Of a stretch of 64,000 bases of DNA, positions 11,701-19,816 are shown in pieces. This DNA is from a virus, in IMG/VR virus record IMGVR_UViG_3300022890_000014, positions 32,001 to 96,000 of that record. The stretch is one strand, 5' to 3'. The number at the start of each line of letters is the position of its first letter. Position 1 is the stretch's first letter. The notes beneath the pieces are model-generated. The model was not told the DNA's origin. It did not search any database and saw nothing but the letters and a program-made list of their open reading frames with translations. The position numbers and the translations under genes were made by a program.

Positions 11701-12357
11701 ACCCATCCATGCTCTCTCTATCTGCTCTTTATCTTCCGAGCCAACAATATCCCAGACATCACGTATTCCTTTCCAGAAATCTCTAACATCCATAAGGGCT
11801 GTGGGTCTCTCTGGAGCTACGATAGGGATTGTAATAAGTGAGATAGAGTCGGGTGTGGTCTCTCCAGTGGAGAATTTCTTGTTGAACCAGAAGTCATCGC
11901 CTGGATTTATGACTATCGATGTGTCAAGAAGGTATCTATAGGTTGATGTTGTTTTATCTACACCTATTATCTTCGACTTGGTGGTTGTAGATATGAATAC
12001 ATAGTCACCTATTATTGATTCAGAAACCAGGCTATTACACCCTGGCTCAAGGTAAACATCTGGACCAACTACGAAAGTGGAGCCATTGCCTAGCACATGC
12101 ATTGACTGATAAATTGGGTTTGAGTTTACTATCTTTGTTCCGTCACCATCTGACAAAACCATATACCCAGTCATTTTTGCTGATGGATACGGAGAGATGG
12201 CTTTTATTCTTGCATCTAGAAGCTGAACAGAATTCTCAACAAAACTTATATCTCCAGAGAACTCAACATGCGTACTGCCCAGTGGTATATCAAATATGTC
12301 AAACAGAGCTTTCCGTATTTTTATCTCTGACGCATCTTTCTCTATTCGTAATTCCAT
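8737..12357 (-). CDS. Baseplate wedge-like protein
   Basis: 1206 aa directly after the baseplate J-like gene; 'YWTGPKPSLIERGVNILMGLP' wedge-like segment; repeated PFxxxDVG modules. Confidence 0.6.
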   Translation of the reverse strand: MELRIEKDASEIKIRKALFDIFDIPLGSTHVEFSGDISFVENSVQLLDARIKAISPYPSAKMTGYMVLSDGDGTKIVNSNPIYQSMHVLGNGSTFVVGPDVYLEPGCNSLVSESIIGDYVFISTTTKSKIIGVDKTTSTYRYLLDTSIVINPGDDFWFNKKFSTGETTPDSISLITIPIVAPERPTALMDVRDFWKGIRDVWDIVGSEDKEQIERAWMGNVHTAGNLMQRLYELDAYQNVFDSLIYRKETWATVTSGYRKYIATGEVSSSDPTSMVDNTRRPFLDSVTDGYGSSNTDVDSNLTIDGRFYNIAAVNSIKSVELDLASLGSAKGLTYSIGGELNSDLSSKYKFKDYARRSKAVILDSEKIVDLGAINIESVKVDALPLGGRVRAVNSGVADGITKLAFPTRLYSSIRKFTRSNLGTNVDVGGAKYRVRSVSADGDYLDLYSASFTDAVGLEYEFVQGDYSDWFNGKTVAASNLFEEVSVETPFVAEDVGRKIFVSSGTDSGQYTITEFVSSNSVRLNKTLTTSNTSLTWLMPSDLVVDLTTGMCKRIPFGMIADCSQMTISYAVKVLYRVKVGVETVELPVLQETVEQATDEAYDYVSLTNYDELFLGHKSLLTLELVTDSGVSLTQGTDYTVDMDSGVAVIPPSAKIAAGGKFIAEMTYKPTYLEEGIGFFLEEDGYIYFRENPRVNLWAPEVYINKEDPYKQFGSLINFYQENSSVYYLSLLSLWITYWTGPKPSLIERGVNILMGLPFAFTEGTVTSVSLRRIELGSRWVVAVTDADGNIEQYQLPNGLDPYVSIGEKVEKFGILSGFRSEYTSSGSTIGRSFFDRDSAPFDKNAVGGKIHIPVGVNAGTYSITQFEKDFHVVLNGDLNDESSISYVAIVSAVRLFDMTSQPDFIRDNMSETALAKYYTENTTATNRELAKSLLRRHLFLCQISSEAFNNLPDINQISQFLRDVSPEYTDFILQIIVDQEDEFSITDEGGYVSSFIMDLTSTISWWASLLPSSADPFTSVVSNHSYPSSKDGETSAVLTLDDTENSPFTAGDVGSYIWVGGAWRFYKGGSVSTVSPNSFYAATAYGPFSATDVGKQLNIPQLNINTKITAYIGTHEVEVEDSIGLLAVGLEFEISHEDSQGVYEITSFVSTSSIGISSTITAGKGILYSKLRPEYSLDEEAISIYESGEVKVYDSLRVLLETITF
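10454..10470. repeat. 17-bp palindrome copy (intragenic)
   Basis: TGCGTAAGGCTTACGCC, encodes GVSLTQ. Confidence 0.95.
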
Positions 12358-12370
12358 TAGAAACTCCGCT

Positions 12371-12387
12371 TGCGTAAGCCTTACGCA
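12371..12387. repeat. 17-bp palindrome copy
   Basis: Perfect, abuts the baseplate J stop codon. Confidence 0.95.
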
Positions 12388-14205
12388 TTACTTGTCTGTT
12401 CTTACGGTCGCGGTTACATTGAATGTACCTGGATGAAACCGCACAGTTCTAGGAGACACTGGCTTGTCTGTATCTTTTGGAAGTGCAACATCCGGTATTG
12501 ATATGGTTTCTTTGCTCTTTATCACCTGAACAGTTCCGTTCATATGATGTAGCTCACCACTCCACTCAAAACATTTGTTCATTCCATACACACCATTGTC
12601 AAACAGATACTTCATTACAAGCTCTAGCTCGAAATTGTTGCCATCATAATCTCTTACAAACTTCTCTATCAATGCTACTACTGCATCTGCATCAGGTGCG
12701 CTTGAGTTTGACTTTGCTGTCTCGACTTCGATAGCTCCAGATATAAACATAGGAACGAATAGTCTTGGAAGAATATCTGCTGAGTTAGTTCTCTCATCTC
12801 CATCTCTACAGAAATCATGTATAGATTCTATAGCGGGGACAGCGTGGAACGTGACCCTAACGTCTTTACCTACGTGTATAGGAGCAAACTCTATATAGCT
12901 CTTCTCTAGCATGGAGTATCTATTATGTGGGTTGTCAACTTTAAACTCCCAGTCTCCATCCTCCCCTCTACCATAACCACCCATACCATATGCCGCCTGT
13001 CCGTATCCACCATTTCTAGTAAGGATATTTCCAATTGGTTCTCCTGTTGCTGGATCGAGTTCTTCTACACTAATCACGTTCACAAACACTAAGTCTGTTA
13101 TAGTGTGATCTTCTCTTCCTGCAACTGGTATTCTAGCTATATCTATTGCTATAGGATTGTACGTATAATAAATTAGTGCGCTTTCGTTTGATCCTGTTGT
13201 GCTTACGATTGTTCCTAAAGTTTTATCGATAACATAGTCTGCTGGGTCTAAAAGAAGTCCACCAGAAGTAGTTACTGAAGTAACTGTGACTATTGGTGCC
13301 CTACCTATATAAACAGGAGTGGTCCCATTTAGCTTTCTAGAAGATGTTCTAGATTGCTCTCTATCCGTATCTATTTCAAGAGCCAGTATATCCGCTTCTT
13401 TCTCTTGTAGAGATGGAGTCTTGAGGTGTATATCTGTGTAGCCACCAAGATGTAGGTTTATCTTATTTCCGTTGAAGTCAGTAAGTATATCCCTCATCAT
13501 CTCTGGATCACCCATGCCTATGGGCTGAATCTCTGTTACTGTGCCAGGAAAGTTAGTTGGGAGTACTGTTTTGATACCTCTGTTGGTTGTGAGGTCTCTT
13601 GCTGCAACTGCTTCGTTTATTCTTAAATAAAGCTCTTTGTTTGTCTCTCTTGTGACACCATCAACTATTGATGACTCATCACCTGTGACCGATATATATC
13701 CAGCAAAGATAGTACTCTCTTGGATAGACACAATCTTCTTAAGTTCCTTCTCTTTCTCTTGAGATACAAACTCTGCATCAAAGTAGTAGAAGATTCCATC
13801 TCTCTGGGTGGTAAGCGTGTTCTCTGGCACATCTATGAGTGCTGAGTTCTCCCATAGGTTCCCATCTTCATCCTCTACAAGAAGTTCACCTTCTCCAAGA
13901 GTGTAATCCTGAAGTGTATCTACTAACATCCTTGCTGATTGAGCACCAGTAGAACCTTCTATTCTAGGTATGAGTAGGTTGGCTGCTAAAGCATCCATTC
14001 TCTCTTCGGATATAACATCGTACTGATCCATTCCAGAGCCATCACCGAAAGCCCCTTCAAGGTCAAATAGATATGCATCGTATATATTAGCGTTAGGAAC
14101 AAACACTAAGTCGTGCATTCCTGTTCCCTTACCAGTAGCTATACGCGGATTGAACTCTCTGACTGTGCTCTTTAGAAATTCTATTGATCTAAATTCTATT
14201 GGCAT
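12388..14205 (-). CDS. Baseplate J-like wedge protein
   Basis: 'DGVTRETNKELYLRINEAVAARDLTTNRGI' matches the Baseplate_J G-x-x-x-E-T-x-x-E-L-x-x-R motif; follows the gp25-like gene. Confidence 0.75.
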   Translation of the reverse strand: MPIEFRSIEFLKSTVREFNPRIATGKGTGMHDLVFVPNANIYDAYLFDLEGAFGDGSGMDQYDVISEERMDALAANLLIPRIEGSTGAQSARMLVDTLQDYTLGEGELLVEDEDGNLWENSALIDVPENTLTTQRDGIFYYFDAEFVSQEKEKELKKIVSIQESTIFAGYISVTGDESSIVDGVTRETNKELYLRINEAVAARDLTTNRGIKTVLPTNFPGTVTEIQPIGMGDPEMMRDILTDFNGNKINLHLGGYTDIHLKTPSLQEKEADILALEIDTDREQSRTSSRKLNGTTPVYIGRAPIVTVTSVTTSGGLLLDPADYVIDKTLGTIVSTTGSNESALIYYTYNPIAIDIARIPVAGREDHTITDLVFVNVISVEELDPATGEPIGNILTRNGGYGQAAYGMGGYGRGEDGDWEFKVDNPHNRYSMLEKSYIEFAPIHVGKDVRVTFHAVPAIESIHDFCRDGDERTNSADILPRLFVPMFISGAIEVETAKSNSSAPDADAVVALIEKFVRDYDGNNFELELVMKYLFDNGVYGMNKCFEWSGELHHMNGTVQVIKSKETISIPDVALPKDTDKPVSPRTVRFHPGTFNVTATVRTDK

Positions 14206-14218
14206 GATTATTTCCTAT

Positions 14219-14235
14219 TGCGTAAGGCTTACGCA
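14219..14235. repeat. 17-bp palindrome copy (supplies stop codon)
   Basis: Perfect; GCG TAA ends the gp25-like gene. Confidence 0.95.
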
Positions 14236-14711
14236 CTCATTATTGGAACCATAACTGATGAGGTGTTCCCAGACATGCTAACAATAACAAACTCAACCTC
14301 TATTGCATCAGCAGATACTATATTTAGCTTAGATAGTCTAGCACTATCAAGCATTTCGTCTGGATCTTCGATGCCTTCTTCTAGTTGAGAAGTAGAGATG
14401 TCTTTGTTTGTTTTCGATACAGCTATGTTAAGTTTATTTCTCAGATCTCCCAAGTTCTCTTCGGAGAAAGACTCATCCATTAACTGTATTCCACCACCAC
14501 CATAATCTAGATCGGTTATATCAGATCCAGGATTAGTCATGAATGTACTAAGCCACTTCTGAACAAGAAGAGTATACTTAGTTATCTTTCTAGGGTTATT
14601 TCCCATGCCTGCTTCAATGAAGTAGCTGTTCTCACTTATGTACATACCGTCGTCATTTACTCCGGCATCTGCTTTGACCTTTGGGGTCAAGAACTCTATA
14701 TCAATTGTCAT
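14229..14711 (-). CDS. gp25/GPW-like baseplate wedge (sheath initiator) protein
   Basis: 'LVQKWLSTFMTNPGSD...DYGGG' gp25 motif; 160 aa; upstream of baseplate J. Confidence 0.75.
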   Translation of the reverse strand: MTIDIEFLTPKVKADAGVNDDGMYISENSYFIEAGMGNNPRKITKYTLLVQKWLSTFMTNPGSDITDLDYGGGGIQLMDESFSEENLGDLRNKLNIAVSKTNKDISTSQLEEGIEDPDEMLDSARLSKLNIVSADAIEVEFVIVSMSGNTSSVMVPIMSA

Positions 14712-16699
14712 ATGTTCATACCCACGCCTGAAGCTGGATTGCTAAGTAAACTTCTAATCATATGCTCTATATCTAATATTCTTTTTGTAAGGTTCTTTAC
14801 AGCCTGAACAGACCTGTTTGATATACTCACCTTACCCAAGAACCTTGTTCTCTCTTTTCTAGATAACTCTATTGATGTATCGTAGTACTTAGCTCTCTCT
14901 ACTTCATTGGCAGCATTAGCAGCAAGGTTTCTTACACATGCTGCTGCTAAACCAATGTAAGATGCTATCTCTGGTGTCGCACTAAGTACAGACGTTATAT
15001 CTCCTACGTTTAGATCATCAAACATCTTGTCGAATCCAGCTAAGTTTATCATCTTGAACAGAGACTCCATTCTTCCTGCAAACTCTGGCTCTGGACTGAA
15101 CTTTAATAGGTGGGAGTTTATATCAGCCTCGTATCCTTCTAAAGAAGAAATACTTATTTTAAAGCTTTTTAGTTCTGTATCTGCATCTGTTAGCAATCTG
15201 GTCATGTCTTCTGAACTCTTTGATCCTGGAAGTGCTAGGACTAACTTTATAGCTCTGCTTGCACTATTTATTCCAGCTACAAATCCAATGTCAGAACTTA
15301 TTCCACCAGAGATTAAATCTATAGTTGAAGCAGTGGTGTCAAGATCTCCCCATTTATAGTGACTGTCCTTGAGTGACTTTAATGATCTTTCATATGCAGT
15401 ATAGAATACACTACTGACAGGGCTTTCATTAGTTTTCTTTTCTTGATACATGTCTCTCGTAATAATGTTGAGTGTAGCCATCATGGAGGCTATATCACCC
15501 ATCCATTTTCCAACATCTATGTGTTCTATTGAGTTATCGCTTGGCCTAGTTGGAACTAGCAGTATTTCCTGGTAGGTAGCTAGCTTTACCACCAGTTTAT
15601 CTACTCTTGACTTAAGAGTTGTTAGTATTCTTTGGAAGAACTGAGATCTGTTAGTTTCTGCCGATAATGGTTGTTCCATGAATTTCTTCACGGCCTGATA
15701 GTTTATCAATGCCTGGGATACATTTATAGACTCCACTCCTATCAGTCGTATTAAATCAGTAACTTCTATCATCTTAAGATTCATCTTTGATAGAAGTATC
15801 TGAAGCGGATCTTTAACCTTCGGAACATTCTTTAATAGCAGAAAGGCTGCTTTTATTGGTTGACTCATTCCTATAGATAGCAACTCTTCAACTGCACTAT
15901 CACTAAAATCAAAACTATTAATGCCACTTGCAGCATTTATCTTATTAATAATGTCATCTTCTGGAATTTTGGACAAAATAGCTTCTGACAACTCATCATT
16001 ATTAGTTATAGCAAATCCACCCATTACCGCATCTAATGGAGATAGTGCATTCAGTGCTTTCTTTAGAGATGCCCTTGCATTGGTTACACTGTTCATATCT
16101 ATTTTTTTTCTGAATGCAGCAGCCCTTGCTGTGTCTATACTTAGTGCTGCATCCGTCAGGTTAGTTATGGCTGTGCTTATTGTTAGACTTATTCGTGGAG
16201 CAACAGGCCCATCTTTCTGTAGCTTTCTGCCTGTCTCTATCATAGACTCTATACCTAGTGATAGTTTTGATATTAGTTCTTTTCTAGCAGCTACAGCAGA
16301 ATAGTAGGCTTTCTTTGCATTAGATGCAAACATAAGTGGGCTTTTGTCAGTTAGTTGTATAACTAGCTGGATCATACTGAATGATATATCGGTAAAGTTT
16401 TTTATCTTATCTACGGTTTCTCTTGTGCCAGGAAACGTACTAGATATGCTGTCTAGTATTTCTACTACAGCACCTCTTATTAATTGTTGTGTGAACTCGC
16501 TTCCTATTCCTTCAGATGCAGCCTTAGCTAACTTTGATGCATTCCCTATGATGTCATCAGTGACGGCTTCTTTTAACGCATCTATAGCAGAAGATGGATC
16601 TAAGCCCCTAACAGTTCTGGTTATTGAACTACTTAGTCGCAAAATCTCTCTAGTTGCGTATACTTCTAATCCTGGGCATGATATTGTTTTTGATGGCAT
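14708..16699 (-). CDS. Hypothetical alpha-helical protein, probably virion
   Basis: 663-aa ORF overlapping the gp25-like start (ATGA). Confidence 0.6.
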   Translation of the reverse strand: MPSKTISCPGLEVYATREILRLSSSITRTVRGLDPSSAIDALKEAVTDDIIGNASKLAKAASEGIGSEFTQQLIRGAVVEILDSISSTFPGTRETVDKIKNFTDISFSMIQLVIQLTDKSPLMFASNAKKAYYSAVAARKELISKLSLGIESMIETGRKLQKDGPVAPRISLTISTAITNLTDAALSIDTARAAAFRKKIDMNSVTNARASLKKALNALSPLDAVMGGFAITNNDELSEAILSKIPEDDIINKINAASGINSFDFSDSAVEELLSIGMSQPIKAAFLLLKNVPKVKDPLQILLSKMNLKMIEVTDLIRLIGVESINVSQALINYQAVKKFMEQPLSAETNRSQFFQRILTTLKSRVDKLVVKLATYQEILLVPTRPSDNSIEHIDVGKWMGDIASMMATLNIITRDMYQEKKTNESPVSSVFYTAYERSLKSLKDSHYKWGDLDTTASTIDLISGGISSDIGFVAGINSASRAIKLVLALPGSKSSEDMTRLLTDADTELKSFKISISSLEGYEADINSHLLKFSPEPEFAGRMESLFKMINLAGFDKMFDDLNVGDITSVLSATPEIASYIGLAAACVRNLAANAANEVERAKYYDTSIELSRKERTRFLGKVSISNRSVQAVKNLTKRILDIEHMIRSLLSNPASGVGMNI

Positions 16700-16715
16700 G
16701 CGTAAGCCTTACGTG
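16699..16715. repeat. 17-bp palindrome copy
   Basis: TGCGTAAGCCTTACGTG, overlaps the start codon at 16699. Confidence 0.9.
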
Positions 16716-16786
16716 TAGTGTTATCTAAAAAATATATAGATATTGTACCACATGTATCTTACTTAGTAAAAGGAGGGGTGTGTGTG

Positions 16787-17671
16787 TTAGTATATCTTCA
16801 TTCTATTTGCGCATCTTATGTTTAGTATGGATTTATGATTTGGATTAACACCTGGCCTTGGGTGTCTCTCATCTTCTTCAGGGGGAACACCGAGCATTTC
16901 GTTGTAAAACATAGATTCATTATGTAAAGAAGGAAGTTTACCAGATGCATGCGCATCTATTGATAACTTGTAGTGAGGTTTTGGATACGGATCTATATAA
17001 GAAATATCCTCCCATGCTTTCCAGCACAAAAGGTCTTTATCATTATCAGCACCTTTTATAAACAGAGACTCCTCTCTTTTGCCAAGTCTCCACCAATCAT
17101 TAATAAAGAATTCTTTTACAGGATCTTTCTTTCTTAATGATTTAGCCAACATTTCTTTTACTTCGTCGCCAGTGTATCCCCAAGGAACACCTATGCCGAA
17201 CTTGTTGCCTATTGATATAGTGTCTATAAGTGGCGAGCCTTTCCATGCCTGCATGCCCATAGACTTAGTTTCAGTTGAAGTTTTAAATCTAAGAACCTGA
17301 ACCATTAACTCTCTGTGGGATTCATTTAGTTTTTCACTACTAACTAGACCGAGACTATGCATTGACACCATGCTTGCGTAGTTAAGTGTGGTAGTGGTTA
17401 AGTTTTGCATCCTTGCAATGTCTGCATCTGAATGATTAGTCTTGCAAATCTTATCTAGCCACACACTACTGGAGTTGCGCTCACCACCCTCGAAATATTC
17501 AAACTCGCTTCCGTTAATCATTTCTTTTTTCTTAGAATTTTCCACTTTGCTACCTATGAAGTTAGACATAGTTTCTTGTTCTCTAACTACCTGGCTTTCA
17601 TATTTCTCTCGGTTTTCAGGATTAAAGAAGTATGTTGTGCTTGCGTAAGGCTTACGCATTCCATCAGACAT
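16787..17671 (-). CDS. Hypothetical protein
   Basis: 294-aa ORF with AGGAG SD; palindrome copy in codons 5-10. Confidence 0.6.
   Translation of the reverse strand: MSDGMRKPYASTTYFFNPENREKYESQVVREQETMSNFIGSKVENSKKKEMINGSEFEYFEGGERNSSSVWLDKICKTNHSDADIARMQNLTTTTLNYASMVSMHSLGLVSSEKLNESHRELMVQVLRFKTSTETKSMGMQAWKGSPLIDTISIGNKFGIGVPWGYTGDEVKEMLAKSLRKKDPVKEFFINDWWRLGKREESLFIKGADNDKDLLCWKAWEDISYIDPYPKPHYKLSIDAHASGKLPSLHNESMFYNEMLGVPPEEDERHPRPGVNPNHKSILNIRCANRMKIY
17642..17658. repeat. 17-bp palindrome copy
   Basis: Perfect, in the 5' end of CDS 16787..17671. Confidence 0.95.
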
Positions 17672-17768
17672 GTGTTTCTCCTAAAAAAAAGCAAGTATGA
17701 CGAACCAAGAAGACTCACGTTGTGTTCATCCGCGTACTGGGTGAGGTTATATCATACTTACTTAGGTG

Positions 17769-17854
17769 TGGTAAGGGCAGGATTTGAACCTGCATCTCCA
17801 TGCACTGGGACTTTGCAAGTACCGTATGGCGCATAACCATTATGCTACCCTTCC
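17769..17854 (-). tRNA. Atypical tRNA-like gene (GCA/Cys anticodon) with elongated anticodon arm
   Basis: GGAAGGG acceptor (one mismatch), TA, D-arm GCAT-AATGGTT-ATGC, T-arm GCAGG-TTCAAAT-CCTGC; anticodon arm about 32 nt with loop TT-GCA-AA. Confidence 0.55.
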
Positions 17855-17857
17855 AAA

Positions 17858-17937
17858 CTATAGCCTCGCCGGACTTGAACCAGTATCTCCCTCCCAATGG
17901 AGGGCGCATGAACCAGAATCATGCTGTATAGCTATAG
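17858..17937 (-). tRNA. Degenerate tRNA-like gene (pseudo-tRNA, TTG-containing 6-nt loop)
   Basis: D-arm GCATGA-TTCTGGT-TCATGC, stem CCCTC/GAGGG, T-arm CTGG-TTCAAGT-CCGG, terminal CTATAGC/GCTATAG pairing. Confidence 0.45.
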
Positions 17938-18049
17938 TGAGATTTATTCAATACGTCCTCGACAACTGCTTTGTTTGTCGGTACTAGTATCTATTGCCAG
18001 TAAAAAAACTTAGCAAGATGTAAGCAAACATCCCACATCATAGATTCTT

Positions 18050-18720
18050 TATTGGCATGGCAGAATCTCACAACTGCCGCATATTTAAAAAGAACCAAGA
18101 AAGGCGAGGTGAATCCTCACTTGGTTCTTAATCCAACTATCGCTAGCTGGTTGAAGAAAGAAAAGTTAACATATCCTGGCAAAAGTGTAGATGTCACTCA
18201 AACTTTACATCTACATAAAGCGTAACTTCAGAATGAAGCCAGAACTTTAGATATGTCAACTAGATGTGTTCAGTTCTTTGCGTCGATTCTCTATTTTGTG
18301 TGTCCGGCAGTATGGTTATAAACTAGTTCTTTCTTTACAAAGAGCCTTACTTATGATCATTTTCTGCCCCAACCTGTGTACTAACCACTCCTATGGTCAA
18401 TCGACTATTCCATTGAAAATGCTCTGGCCCCTGGTTTGTATCAAAAAGGTTATTTCTCAACGTTTCTGCCGAGTTAATCTTTTGGTGCCAGGTTCGCCAG
18501 GTTTTCAACCAGGATAGCTTAGTTCTGCTGAATCTGACCAGGATGGTTTGCCAGATCTGCGCTCGCGAGTCGAACTTTAGACCTGACATTCTTCCTGGTT
18601 TCTTACCTACACTTGCTAGAGACCGTCCTCCTATACGTTCGTATCGCAAACGCTTCAAGCGGAGAAAAAGACAATAAAGTCTTCAGTGGCAATTAACCCA
18701 CTGAGGTAGCCAAGAAACTG
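18050..18720 (-). ncRNA. Candidate large structured ncRNA upstream of the tRNA-like genes
   Basis: No convincing ORF; many helices (GTTGACATATC/GATATGTTAAC, TGTAGATGT/ACATCTACA, CCAGCTA-GCGA-TAGTTGG, AAGAACCAAG/CTTGGTTCTT); promoter motif at 18744-18762. Confidence 0.45.
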
Positions 18721-18772
18721 AAACTATATACACTATAACACATCATCTATATATCTTGTACCCTTTTTTTTA

Positions 18773-19333
18773 TTATTGTTCACTCATGTTTTTTGAGAAG
18801 CAGTCAAGGCACATGGCTTCGTACTCTCCTTTTCCTCCTAGAACTATATCGCCTTTGTCTTCTGGGTTTTTCCTAAAGCTTCTTGTGGCATCCGAGTTAC
18901 ATCTTGTGCATACAGCAGTGAGCTTAACAATCTTGTCTGCTACAGCGAATACATCTGATGAAGTCTCAAATGGTTTTCCGTCGCTCTTCAGGTCTAACAT
19001 CGAGACGTAGACGTTAGAGCCTGTTCTTGATAGCCATACGAGAACTTCTGACAGATTGGGTATGAACTGGGCTTCATCTATGAATACATCCTTTATGCCA
19101 TACTTCATGGAGCCAAATATATCATAGATTCCCTCTGCCTTATCCACAAGTCTAGCCAGAACCTCCTCTCCATTATGCGAGATAATCTTCTCTGGATCAT
19201 ATCTGCGATCTATCCTAGGTTTGATAACTAGCACGGTCCTGTTGCCACGAACCGATCTTCTGTACGCAGATAGTAGATGTGTGGTTTTCTCTGAGAACAT
19301 AGGTCCGGTGAACACAGTTATCTTTCCTGACAT
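18773..19333 (-). CDS. tdk: Thymidine kinase (type II)
   Basis: GPMFSEKTT P-loop, IDEAQF, C-x2-C zinc lasso, LGG..YEAMC; start moved to MSGKIT after GAGG SD. Confidence 0.95.
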   Translation of the reverse strand: MSGKITVFTGPMFSEKTTHLLSAYRRSVRGNRTVLVIKPRIDRRYDPEKIISHNGEEVLARLVDKAEGIYDIFGSMKYGIKDVFIDEAQFIPNLSEVLVWLSRTGSNVYVSMLDLKSDGKPFETSSDVFAVADKIVKLTAVCTRCNSDATRSFRKNPEDKGDIVLGGKGEYEAMCLDCFSKNMSEQ

Positions 19334-19345
19334 AAGAATCCTCTC

Positions 19346-19362
19346 TGCGTAAGGCTTACGCA
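19346..19362. repeat. 17-bp palindrome copy
   Basis: Perfect, just upstream of the tdk SD. Confidence 0.95.
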
Positions 19363-19408
19363 TGGCTTGTTTCAGGTGAGTAATTCACAGTATAGTAACA
19401 CGTATATG

Positions 19409-19432
19409 GGTATAAAATTAATAGAGGAAGAA
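19409..19432 (+). promoter_or_regulatory. Phage promoter motif GGTATAA-N5-ATAGAGGAAGAA
   Basis: Same architecture at 29859-29882. Confidence 0.55.
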
Positions 19433-19491
19433 CTAGTCCATCTCCTCTACTAATTATTCTGGACTAAACAATAACAAGTCATATATCAGAG

Positions 19492-19785
19492 GTGAATATT
19501 ATGGGCGACAAGTCAAACAAACCGATTAGAAGCACAAGACATGTTTGTAAAGTAAATATACACGGTGCTGAGATACACACGATGGTCGGAATGACTGGAA
19601 AGAAATCAGTTCTTTTGGTGGATAAAGAATATAGTGGGGGTGTTATCGAATTCGCAATAACATGGCTGAGAGATCGGAAGAGACGCGGTAAGCCAATAAT
19701 CGGATTGTGTATAGAGTGTCTGCAAGGTTCGTCATGTGGAAGAGTGACAGTGGAAGACAACGGAGACCTAACCGTGAAGTTCTAG
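19492..19785 (+). CDS. Small hypothetical protein
   Basis: 97 aa with its own promoter motif (19409) and terminator (19795). Confidence 0.55.
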   Translation: MNIMGDKSNKPIRSTRHVCKVNIHGAEIHTMVGMTGKKSVLLVDKEYSGGVIEFAITWLRDRKRRGKPIIGLCIECLQGSSCGRVTVEDNGDLTVKF

Positions 19786-19794
19786 GTTGTCGGG

Positions 19795-19816
19795 AGTCGC
19801 AACATGCGACTTTTTT
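19795..19816 (+). terminator. Rho-independent terminator
   Basis: AGTCGCA-ACA-TGCGACT followed by T-tract. Confidence 0.7.
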
